Shown here: one piece after another, positions 30,267 through 38,820 of the stretch
How positions within the stretch are numbered: the stretch's first letter is position 1
How the letters are laid out: the number at the start of each line of letters is the position of its first letter
Origin: Candidatus Thermosaccharophagus tengchongensis
GTDB taxonomy: Bacteria; Armatimonadota; Fervidibacteria; Fervidibacterales; Thermosaccharophagaceae
Strand: one strand, 5' to 3'
Length of the DNA: 50,318 nt
Assembly: GCA_032161105.1 (NCBI GenBank)
Contig: JAVHTD010000022.1
Position numbers and translations under genes: made by a program
Notes under the pieces: model-generated
The model's input: only the letters and a program-made list of their open reading frames with translations
The model's database searches: none
What the model was told of the DNA's origin: nothing

Positions 30267-32822
30267 ATGAGCGGGATTGATTTCGGTGAGTTGCTTGATG
30301 ACTACATCAACGAGGCGGAACAGCTGATTGCGAGGATGAATGAGCTGGTGATGGGACTGTGCGAGCTGCATGAGAGCGGGACGGACGAAAGGAGCACACG
30401 GAATGAATTGTTGAGTGAGCTCTTCCGAATAGCGCACACGCTAAAGGGCTCGTCTGGATTCGTCGGTATGAGGTGCGTTGAAGAGTTAGCGCACAATATG
30501 GAGACCGTAATTGATAAGTTGCGTTTTGGCGGGATGGGGCTGTCTGAGGAGGTCATTGAAGCGTTGCTGCAAAGTGTTGATGCACTTGAATTGGCTATTT
30601 CACAGCTTGGGAGCGGCGCACAGCTTAATGAAGCCCTCCTGAAGTCCGTTTCAGAATGCCTCTCAAGGATGGCGGTGGAGGGGCATGAGCAGCATGTCGG
30701 GCGGACCTATGAGGGATATGCGCTCCCGGAGCATGTTGCCAAAGTGCTAACGGAGCATCAGGAGAAGCAGGCAATTGAGTGCCTAAGCTCAGGGATGCAC
30801 CTTTACGAAATTGCCGTTCCGATGAGGATGGACGAATTTGAGGGGGAGATAACAAGCCTAAAGGATGCGCTTTCAGAATTTGGAGAGGTCATAGCTGTGC
30901 TTCCACAGCCATCTCAGGAGGAAAGTTACGACATTGCCTGCAGCTTCTTCCTTGCAAGCCGTGCGGGCGAGGACGAGATTGCATCGGCTGTGTCAAATGT
31001 TGGTGGCGTCGTCAAGCGTTTAGCCGAAGCAAAGGTTAGCCCATCGGAGGAAACAAGCACCAAGATATCCGTTGCAAGTGATCATCTGGCAAAGGGGACT
31101 TTAACTGAGCCAGTGCCTGAGAGGGGATTGTCCCCAGTTGTTGGTGCCATTAGGACGATACGAATTGATGTTGAGAAGCTTGATAAGTTGCTCAACCTTG
31201 TTGGTGAACTCGTCGTCATACGCTCACGATACGCCACATTGGAAAGGCAGCTTCGTGAAAGGCTCAAAGGTGACAGATTGCTTGAGGAGCTTGAACGGAC
31301 GAACCGTTTCCTTCACCGTCGCCTCGGCGAATTACAAGAGGGCATATTTGAGGCTCGCATGATACCGCTAAGGTTTGTCTTTTCAAGGGCGCCAAAACTC
31401 GTCAGGGAACTCGCTCGGGCTTCGGGTAAGCAGGTTAGGTTGACGATTGATGGTGAGGATGTTGAAATGGATAGAACGATCGTTGAGGCAATCTCAGAGC
31501 CATTGATGCACCTTTTGCGAAACGCAGTTGACCATGGGATTGAGCCGCCAGAGGAGCGCCAGCGAGCCGGGAAGGAAGCCGTCGGTAACATACACCTGAT
31601 TGCAAGGCGTGAGGGGGGCAGGATCATCATTGAAGTGAGTGACGATGGTAAAGGGATTGATGTTGAGAGGGTGGCGGAGCGAGCAGCGTCAATCGGCATA
31701 AGAGTTAGCCCTGAAACTTTGACGAGCCAAGAGCTGCTTGAAATTTTGTGCCAACCTGGTCTCTCAACATCTGACCGTGTGACGCGCATTTCTGGAAGGG
31801 GTGTGGGTTTGGACGCGGTTAAAAGCTCCATTGAAAACCTCGGTGGAATGCTTGAGTTAGAAACGAGGCATGGGTTTGGGACAACATTTCGCATGCGCCT
31901 TCCCATAACGGTCGCGATATTGCAGGTGTTGCTCTCGCGGGTTGGCGAGGCTTTGTGTGCCTTCCCAATAGAAGCCATAAAGGGCGTGCTGAGCCTGCGC
32001 GGTGAGCACATTGTAACGATTGGTGGCGTTGAGGCTTACAGGGTGAATGGCGACATTGTGCCATTACTGCGCATAGGTGAGCTTTTCACCCGTCACATTG
32101 CGAGACAGCACAAAGAATTTGTCGTGCTCGCTGAGGCTTACGGGATGAGGGCTGGCATCGTGGTTAATGAGCTCATTGGGTTGCAGGAAATAGTTGTGAA
32201 GCCGCTACCATCGCTGCTTAACAGGGTTGACATCCTCATTGGCGCAGCTGAATTGGGCGATGGGAGCCTCGCAACCATATTGGACGCACAAAAACTCGTC
32301 ATGAGGCTTTTCAAATACATCCGTGCGAGCGGGGTTAAGCTGCCGCGCGCTGAGGCGGCAGTCGGGGAGGAAGCCATCAAATGGGCTTATGTCCTTGCGT
32401 TTGAGGTTGGTGATAAGGTATTTGCAATGCCGATTGAGCAAGTGGCTGAGGTGTTGCGGCGGTGCGAAGTATTGCGCTTGCCGAAATTGCCGCAGCCAGT
32501 TGAGGGCACAATTGAATGGCAAGGCAGGCATATCCCAGTCGTTGATTTGCGAAAGATACTTGGCATAGGCACTCCAAGATGGGACGCACAAACGAGATTC
32601 ATCGTGGTGAGCATCAACGAAATGCGCATGGCAGTGGTTGTAGACAGGGTGATTGACATAGTTAGGATTGACCCGAATGATGTGCGCCCCATTTCGGGCG
32701 CAACTGCTGTAACTGGAGTTATCAGGTGTAAGTTTGGCGCTAACGAGGTCAATTGTATCCTGATTGACTTGAGCAGCCACATCGGATTGCAGGGCTATCC
32801 GATTATGCCAGCCGATAGTTGA
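30267..32822 (+). CDS. cheA: CheA-type histidine kinase (Hpt-P2-like-dimer-HATPase-CheW) with second fused CheW
   Basis: FRIAHTLKGSS, IRIDVEKLDKLLNLVGEL, HLLRNAVDHGIE, DDGKG, SGRGVGLD, QEIVVKPL; second CheW AFEVG...FAMPIEQVAEV...IPVVDLR...VVDRV. Confidence 0.92.
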   Translation: MSGIDFGELLDDYINEAEQLIARMNELVMGLCELHESGTDERSTRNELLSELFRIAHTLKGSSGFVGMRCVEELAHNMETVIDKLRFGGMGLSEEVIEALLQSVDALELAISQLGSGAQLNEALLKSVSECLSRMAVEGHEQHVGRTYEGYALPEHVAKVLTEHQEKQAIECLSSGMHLYEIAVPMRMDEFEGEITSLKDALSEFGEVIAVLPQPSQEESYDIACSFFLASRAGEDEIASAVSNVGGVVKRLAEAKVSPSEETSTKISVASDHLAKGTLTEPVPERGLSPVVGAIRTIRIDVEKLDKLLNLVGELVVIRSRYATLERQLRERLKGDRLLEELERTNRFLHRRLGELQEGIFEARMIPLRFVFSRAPKLVRELARASGKQVRLTIDGEDVEMDRTIVEAISEPLMHLLRNAVDHGIEPPEERQRAGKEAVGNIHLIARREGGRIIIEVSDDGKGIDVERVAERAASIGIRVSPETLTSQELLEILCQPGLSTSDRVTRISGRGVGLDAVKSSIENLGGMLELETRHGFGTTFRMRLPITVAILQVLLSRVGEALCAFPIEAIKGVLSLRGEHIVTIGGVEAYRVNGDIVPLLRIGELFTRHIARQHKEFVVLAEAYGMRAGIVVNELIGLQEIVVKPLPSLLNRVDILIGAAELGDGSLATILDAQKLVMRLFKYIRASGVKLPRAEAAVGEEAIKWAYVLAFEVGDKVFAMPIEQVAEVLRRCEVLRLPKLPQPVEGTIEWQGRHIPVVDLRKILGIGTPRWDAQTRFIVVSINEMRMAVVVDRVIDIVRIDPNDVRPISGATAVTGVIRCKFGANEVNCILIDLSSHIGLQGYPIMPADS

Positions 32823-32947
32823 GCTCCGGCGCAGTTTGAAAAATTGCGAGAAGATGGGGAATTTTAGCGCCAATTTGCGATTTGCCCGGCCAGTGGATAG
32901 CGGCATTACCGGTAGCTTGATAGCTGCCCCACATTCAAGGGTGTGAC

Positions 32948-33988
32948 TTAGGTTTGATCACAAATTGGGCAAGAACTTTGGCTGCCGCTTTCAATAGCGG
33001 ATTTGACCATTTGCTCAATGTCAAATTTCGGTCTATACCCGATCATCGCTTTCGCCTTTGTGTTGTCAAGGTCAAAAACCCAGCGGACGGGCACTCTGCG
33101 TTTAACCACCATTTTTCCGGTCACTTCGGAGATAATCCTTGCAGCTTCATCAAACGGGATGGCTCTTGGGGCGCTTATATTGAACGCCTCTCCGATTGCT
33201 GCATCACTTTCCAATGCGCATATGCAGCCATGTGCCACATCCCGCACATCCACAGGCTGCTGAAGCCAAGGTCTGCCTTCCGAGTCATAAATTGCGCAAA
33301 GTGCATCGTTAGGTGCTTCGGATTCAAGTTCACGCCAAAGTTCCCTTCCATTCGGCATGAATAATGCACTTTCTGGGTGCTGTTGTCCGATGCGCAATAT
33401 TGCACACACAAATTTGACGCTCCATCGGTGCAGGATTGCATCACCTGAGCAAATTCCGGATGGGCGAACTATGCTAAAGCGCAACTTCGTCTCTCTCCCA
33501 ACGGAAGTGACAATTTCTTCGCCAATTAGCTTGCTTATAGCGTAAGTTCCGACAGGACGCTTCGGATGAAGCTCGTCAACCGGGTTGTAGCAAGTGGCAA
33601 TTATATGGGAATCATTCGGATAAACCGCCGACGAACTCACATGCACAAGTCGCTTTATCTTCTCGGCTCTCTTGCCGCATGCCCTCGCGATGTTGTAGGT
33701 TGAGAGAACATTGTTGGCAAAAAATTGGCAATCGCTCATCCCGGGAAGGGGAGAAACGAGGTTTGCGGTGTGTATTACAGCCTCAACATCTTTAACCGCA
33801 TTTTCGGCAACTTCGGGCTCAATCAAGTTCCCTTCAACTATTTCGTAGCATTCTGACTTCAGCTCGTCACTCAGTTTTTCGCCCGGCATTATGAGTGCTT
33901 TTACAGCATATCCCCTTTCAAGCAACTGTGCAACAACATGCCTGCCAAGTTGACCAGATGCCCCCGTGACGAGAACACGCATCACCAA
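32948..33988 (-). CDS. NAD-dependent epimerase/dehydratase (extended SDR)
   Basis: VTGASGQLG, SSSAVY, YAISK. Confidence 0.9.
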   Translation of the reverse strand: MVMRVLVTGASGQLGRHVVAQLLERGYAVKALIMPGEKLSDELKSECYEIVEGNLIEPEVAENAVKDVEAVIHTANLVSPLPGMSDCQFFANNVLSTYNIARACGKRAEKIKRLVHVSSSAVYPNDSHIIATCYNPVDELHPKRPVGTYAISKLIGEEIVTSVGRETKLRFSIVRPSGICSGDAILHRWSVKFVCAILRIGQQHPESALFMPNGRELWRELESEAPNDALCAIYDSEGRPWLQQPVDVRDVAHGCICALESDAAIGEAFNISAPRAIPFDEAARIISEVTGKMVVKRRVPVRWVFDLDNTKAKAMIGYRPKFDIEQMVKSAIESGSQSSCPICDQT

Positions 33989-34101
33989 CCCACCTCCGCA
34001 GAACTTTGGCTATTTTTGGCCATTTAATTGAACTATTGTCCAACATTTTACCGAACAAATTGTGCAAAATGCCGAACTAAACAAAATTGCCATTACCAAG
34101 G

Positions 34102-34923
34102 TCAACGAAACTCAATTATTGCAACTTCGGGGCGCGTGAACCAGCGAGGTATGGCATAGCCTTTTGTCACACCGCTGGTGATGTAGATGAATGTATCGCC
34201 AATCTTTCGCAAACCATACGGAAAACGCCAGCCAAATTCGGTTTTAGGTATGAATTTTATCCCGGTAACCTTCCAAAATAGCCACCTAATCCTGTATGGC
34301 ATCCACCAAAAGCCGCCGTGAGTGTGACCTGACAAGATTAGCATTGCACGAACATGGTGTGGGTGTAGGATTGCATCGGGATTGTGGGAGAGCAAAATCA
34401 CGGGTATATTCGGGGGAATATTGGCAAAAGCCCTCTTGAAGTCCGGCTTTCCGAGCCAAAGGTCATCTATGCCCACAATGGCAACTTTCTCGCCATTCTT
34501 TTCCAATATGACGCTATCATTCACGAGCAATTTTACCCCGGCATCCCTTAAAGCCCTTGAGACAAGCTCAATTCCCGTCCAGTAGTCGTGGTTTCCGGGC
34601 ACTGCGTAAATTGGCAAATCAACCACAGAAAATACCGATTTGATGTATTGAACCCCGCCCTTCCCGGTCACGAAGTCACCGAGCAACAAAATCGCATCCG
34701 GTTTATATTTTGCCGCAAGCTTGAGGCATTTTGCTGCTTGAAGCGCTCCGATGCCACCAGCTGCTATGTGGAAATCGCTCATCACAGCGATGCGCAAATT
34801 ATTGGGTTTTTGCTGCCGAATTTTGACGATTTTAATCGCCGTGAAATGCCCGTAAATGAAGCCAAATATAAAGATGAGCAATGGGATGGCAATGATTATC
34901 AATTTCGCCACCTTGCTCACCAT
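34102..34923 (-). CDS. Membrane-anchored metallophosphoesterase (YkuE-like)
   Basis: SDFH, GDFV, GNHD, SHNPD, GHTHGG. Confidence 0.9.
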   Translation of the reverse strand: MVSKVAKLIIIAIPLLIFIFGFIYGHFTAIKIVKIRQQKPNNLRIAVMSDFHIAAGGIGALQAAKCLKLAAKYKPDAILLLGDFVTGKGGVQYIKSVFSVVDLPIYAVPGNHDYWTGIELVSRALRDAGVKLLVNDSVILEKNGEKVAIVGIDDLWLGKPDFKRAFANIPPNIPVILLSHNPDAILHPHHVRAMLILSGHTHGGFWWMPYRIRWLFWKVTGIKFIPKTEFGWRFPYGLRKIGDTFIYITSGVTKGYAIPRWFTRPEVAIIEFR

Positions 34924-36050
34924 ACTTTCCCTCTCGCTTCCACCATCCAAAAGCCGTCAATTTGGGAATTCTTCCCGAAAAATACGGCTTCGGCGAGATT
35001 CGTTATTTCGCAGGCGTGATTTGGCACAATCATCAATCTTTCCCCGATGCGAAGTTCGCCGCACTGAACCAGACCACATTCCTCCCACAGTTTGACCAAT
35101 TTTGCCCCATCCTTTCCGACAATCATTCCGTAGCCCTCCGACCATCTGTCCCTCGTCCCGCTCAATGTCTTCAAGCCGGCATCAATTAATGCCTCATTTT
35201 TCCTCGGAATTGCCACAACCGATGAGATCACGAAGATGGCACAGTCGTTCAGACTCGCAACTCCCAAACTTATCTGCATTCTGTCGTGAAAGACATAATT
35301 TCCCGGTCTCATCTCGGTTACTCCGTTCGCCCATCCGTTTTCTAAAGCCCAATACGCCCCCGGAGTGCTCCCAACGCTGATTATCTCGCAATTTATCCCG
35401 ATTCTTTTCAACTTATCCCCGAGGCTCGCCATGATCTCGCACTCTTCCTTTGCCGCTCTAACCCTCTCATCATGAGTTGGCAAGTGATATGTGCGCCCAT
35501 CATGTGAACGAATCCCTCTGAAACAAACCCCACTGATACGGGCAATTTTTTCCGCCACATCAGCCGCCCTCTCTGGCGCGACGCCGAACCTGCCGTAACC
35601 CGTATCCACGATCAGGACAATATTGGCATTTTTTCCGCATTTCTTTGCAGCGTTGCCAATTTCGGCAGCCACCTCTTCGTTGCTCACACATGCCAAAAAT
35701 TCACATTCTTCTTGCATTTTGACCATACATTCCGCTTTGACATGCCCAACGAATGGCTGCGCAATCATGTAACTGCACTTTATCCCAGCATCAATTAACG
35801 CCAAAGCTTCGCTCAATTTTGCGGCAGTTAATCCGATTGCACCGGCCTGAAGTTGCATCCTTGCGATTGCAGCAATTTTGTGTGTCTTAGCATGCGGACG
35901 GAGCATTATGCCGTTACTTTCGGCAAGTGAAGCCATTTTGTTGATGTTCCTTTGCAGGGTATCGTAGTCAATGAAGACGAACGGCGTTGGAACTGCCTCA
36001 TCGTATATGCTTTTGCCAACATATTGCTCATATTTGGCCAATTTTGTCAT
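34917..36050 (-). CDS. DSD1/D-threonine aldolase family PLP enzyme (alanine racemase fold)
   Basis: TP...ID...LQRNI, LRPHAKTHK, DTGYGRFG, EMRPGNYVFHD, DAGLK, VPNHAC. Confidence 0.88.
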   Translation of the reverse strand: MTKLAKYEQYVGKSIYDEAVPTPFVFIDYDTLQRNINKMASLAESNGIMLRPHAKTHKIAAIARMQLQAGAIGLTAAKLSEALALIDAGIKCSYMIAQPFVGHVKAECMVKMQEECEFLACVSNEEVAAEIGNAAKKCGKNANIVLIVDTGYGRFGVAPERAADVAEKIARISGVCFRGIRSHDGRTYHLPTHDERVRAAKEECEIMASLGDKLKRIGINCEIISVGSTPGAYWALENGWANGVTEMRPGNYVFHDRMQISLGVASLNDCAIFVISSVVAIPRKNEALIDAGLKTLSGTRDRWSEGYGMIVGKDGAKLVKLWEECGLVQCGELRIGERLMIVPNHACEITNLAEAVFFGKNSQIDGFWMVEARGKVW

Positions 36051-36172
36051 GGCAACTTCACCCCAAATTAAGGATTAGTTTCAGCCCACGCAAAAGCGTC
36101 GCCTATAGACCACCGTCCACCCTCCAAACTGCGCAGGTTTCCTTTTCCCAAGTTTCATGCAAATTAGCGACT

Positions 36173-36805
36173 TTATGGGGCAATGTAAATTTGGGTTATG
36201 TAGATTTTTCCGTCACTTGACTTTGCAACGCCAACGCCGGTGAATTTGACCGTTGTCAGCAAAATATTTTTGCGATGCCCCCTGCTGTTCATCCAACTTC
36301 GCACGCATTCTGAGGCTATTTTTTCGTAGTCGGTAAAGTTGCAGCAACAAAAGATGTTTTCGGCAGCCATGGACACCCGCAAGTTTTTCCTCCTCAACCT
36401 TTTTCCCAAGTCCCCCTCTATCGGGTCAACATGGGAGAAGAAATTCCTGAATGCCATATTGCGGCTATGAGAGAGCGCTGCAGCTGCCAAATCTTCACGC
36501 CACGCGAGCTCAGCCAAGCCGCGCTTTTTGCGCTCATTGTTTACAAGGTTAAACACTGAGCGCTCAAGCTCTGCGAGGTCACCTGTGTTTGGCTTCACCG
36601 CTATCACTGACAGTTTATCCCTTTGCTGCCAATCGTGGGGTGCAAAATGCTGCTTACAGCTCTTTGCAGCGTATGCTGAAAGAACGATGACAATGAGCAC
36701 CGCCGGTGAAAGGCGCTCACGGAAAGGTGAGCGAACACTTGTAAAAGGACAATAAACAGCACCACCTTTGTGTTCACTTCCACATGCTGAGCACCGCATA
36801 AGCAT
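36173..36805 (-). CDS. CAP/SCP domain protein with N-terminal partial zinc ribbon and TM segment
   Basis: LVNNERKKRGL, HSRNM...FFSH, AENI, WMNSRGHRKNIL, GVGV, TQ. Confidence 0.85.
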   Translation of the reverse strand: MLMRCSACGSEHKGGAVYCPFTSVRSPFRERLSPAVLIVIVLSAYAAKSCKQHFAPHDWQQRDKLSVIAVKPNTGDLAELERSVFNLVNNERKKRGLAELAWREDLAAAALSHSRNMAFRNFFSHVDPIEGDLGKRLRRKNLRVSMAAENIFCCCNFTDYEKIASECVRSWMNSRGHRKNILLTTVKFTGVGVAKSSDGKIYITQIYIAP

Positions 36806-36872
36806 CTCACCTGATTTGCAGTATAACCCTTGCCAACTGTTGAAGTAAGCGCGTCCTTGAACCCTTTAAAAA

Positions 36873-36963
36873 CTCCCCGTTTAATGTGCTCTAACTTCGG
36901 GTTACACAACGGTTGAATACAGGGTGGCGTTAAGCCACCGAGTATCTTCACTTACACGGGGAG
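36873..36963. ncRNA. Candidate structured RNA (three-way junction), family unassigned
   Basis: Closing stem CTCCCCGT/ACGGGGAG encloses TGTG-ctc-TAAC-ttcgg-GTTA-CACA and TGAATAC-ag-GGTGGC-gttaa-GCCACC-ga-GTATcTTCA. Confidence 0.35.
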
Positions 36964-37123
36964 ATCTTTGCGGGCAAGCAAATCGTTCACCCTTTATGGC
37001 TCGCCTTCGCAATGAATGACGAATGCGCAATCTCCAATCACCGTTTGCTAAGCAACAGCATCGGTGGGAGTGAATGCCCGCAGTAATTGAAGCGTGCTAT
37101 AACTTTAGGTTGAACTTGAAAGC

Positions 37124-38734
37124 TTGGGCAAGCAAAATGTGAGGGGGATGATGAAGATGATGGAGATGTCGTCAAGTGAGCATCACAAAGATCAGCACCG
37201 TAGCGATTGGGAACGCTCTCTAACCGCACAGGTGACAAGGCGTGAGTTTGTCGGACTTGGGATAGGTGCACTCGCATCAACTTTGCTTGTAAACCATGCG
37301 AGTGCAAGGTCTGGTTCTCAACCATTGGCACTTGGTGAGCTTGCCAAGTATGAACCGATGCGTGGCGCAATTCCGTTGACTGTGCAGCCGGTGCTCGTCT
37401 ACTCTCTTCCGAGGCGTCCGGTTAGACCCCGTTCAAGTTGGCGGCATTGGGGTGGGCTCGAAACTGAAGGCGACATCCAGAAGGAGCTTTCGCAGATTGA
37501 AAGTGAGCTATCGCAACTTAAGCGGTTGTGCGCTTTCCCAATTGACATCCTTCCGACGGTTACCGTTCGCAACGCCGATGAAGCCAAAGGTTTGAAGGAT
37601 AGCAAAGCCGATGTCTTGCTCACTTATGCAGCTGGATGCTGGGTGGATGTCTATGAGACTTTAGCCGGGTTGGGGAAATGGCTGCTCATATTCGTGAGGT
37701 TTAAGTCGGGTCGGTATTACTTATGGCACGAGATTGTTCATCCGAGGTTCTTGCGAAGGCACACGGATCAGCTCGCGCAAACAGCCGTCGGATACGAAGA
37801 TGTAGTTGTTGACGACTTGAGTGAAGTGGCTTGGCGTTTGCGGGCGCTGTATGGTCTTCGGAATGCCCTCGGAAGAAAAATCGTGTGCGTTGGCGGAGCT
37901 GGCGCTTGGGCTGGTGGTGCTTTGGTGGTTGAGCGCGCAAAGACGCTCTGGAAGTTTGACATGCTCATAGTTCCAGTAAATGACCTTGCGAAGATGATTG
38001 AAGAGAGGCGCAAGGATGAGAAGGCAGTTGAAGTTGCGGTGGCTGCTGCAAAGGAGTATGTGCGTCTACCGAATGTGATACCGGCAATTCCTTTGAGTTC
38101 AATTGCTGAGGCATTCTTGCTGACGCACATCTTCCTTGAGCTGTTGCGCAAAAATGATGCCCACGCAATAACCGTAGCCGGATGTATGGGTAGCTATGCT
38201 GGCATAATGCCATGCATGACGCTGACTTTGCTCAATGATGCCGGCTACATGGCATATTGCGAGGGCGATTTCGTAAACATACCCGCTGGAGTGCTCACTC
38301 ACTTCATTTCCGGCTTGCCCACATTCTTCTGCAATACATGTTTCCCATCAAAGCAAACGATACTGCTTGCACATTGCACAGCGCCGACGGTAATGGATGG
38401 AAGGCGGAGGGAGCGCGTGAGGCTGTTGACTCATTTTGAGTCCGATCACGGAGCTGCAACAAAGGTTGAGATGCGCATCGGTCAAAAGGTGAGCGTCATC
38501 ATCCCAGATTTTGAGGGGAAGCGCTGGGTCGCATTCCACGGTGAGATCGTTGAGACGCCATTCCTTCCGGTGTGCAGGTCGCAGATAGTCGTTCGGTTTG
38601 ATGCCGACACGCTTCAATTTGCGAGCAAGTTGAGGGGCTTCCATGCGACTGTCGTTTATGGCGACCATATCAAACTCGTTGGGTATGCTCTGAGGAAGTT
38701 GGGCATTGAACTTGAGCGCCTTTGCGCATGTTGA
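37124..38734 (+). CDS. Tat-signal protein, L-fucose/L-arabinose-isomerase-like
   Basis: TRREFVG twin-arginine motif; PC...LLND.G..AYCEGD, LAHCTAP, THFESDHG, CRSQ; true start probably one of the ATGs at 37148-37166. Confidence 0.6.
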   Translation: MGKQNVRGMMKMMEMSSSEHHKDQHRSDWERSLTAQVTRREFVGLGIGALASTLLVNHASARSGSQPLALGELAKYEPMRGAIPLTVQPVLVYSLPRRPVRPRSSWRHWGGLETEGDIQKELSQIESELSQLKRLCAFPIDILPTVTVRNADEAKGLKDSKADVLLTYAAGCWVDVYETLAGLGKWLLIFVRFKSGRYYLWHEIVHPRFLRRHTDQLAQTAVGYEDVVVDDLSEVAWRLRALYGLRNALGRKIVCVGGAGAWAGGALVVERAKTLWKFDMLIVPVNDLAKMIEERRKDEKAVEVAVAAAKEYVRLPNVIPAIPLSSIAEAFLLTHIFLELLRKNDAHAITVAGCMGSYAGIMPCMTLTLLNDAGYMAYCEGDFVNIPAGVLTHFISGLPTFFCNTCFPSKQTILLAHCTAPTVMDGRRRERVRLLTHFESDHGAATKVEMRIGQKVSVIIPDFEGKRWVAFHGEIVETPFLPVCRSQIVVRFDADTLQFASKLRGFHATVVYGDHIKLVGYALRKLGIELERLCAC

Positions 38735-38820
38735 AGAATGGCTATGCAGTGCCGAGTTCGCATGTGATGATAAGTTACATGTGGCAATGATGCACCAAAG
38801 CGCGTTACTCTGCGAGGGCA

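Noticed and set aside
31313..32906. Long antisense ORFs (232 and 233 aa) opposite cheA, and similar shadow ORFs elsewhere
   Set aside because: Antisense shadows of well-supported genes with no motifs
36873..36963. Twister/pistol ribozyme, c-di-GMP or c-di-AMP riboswitch, or 6S RNA identity
   Set aside because: Conserved core nucleotides and pseudoknots of these families were not found by eye; kept only as an unassigned structure
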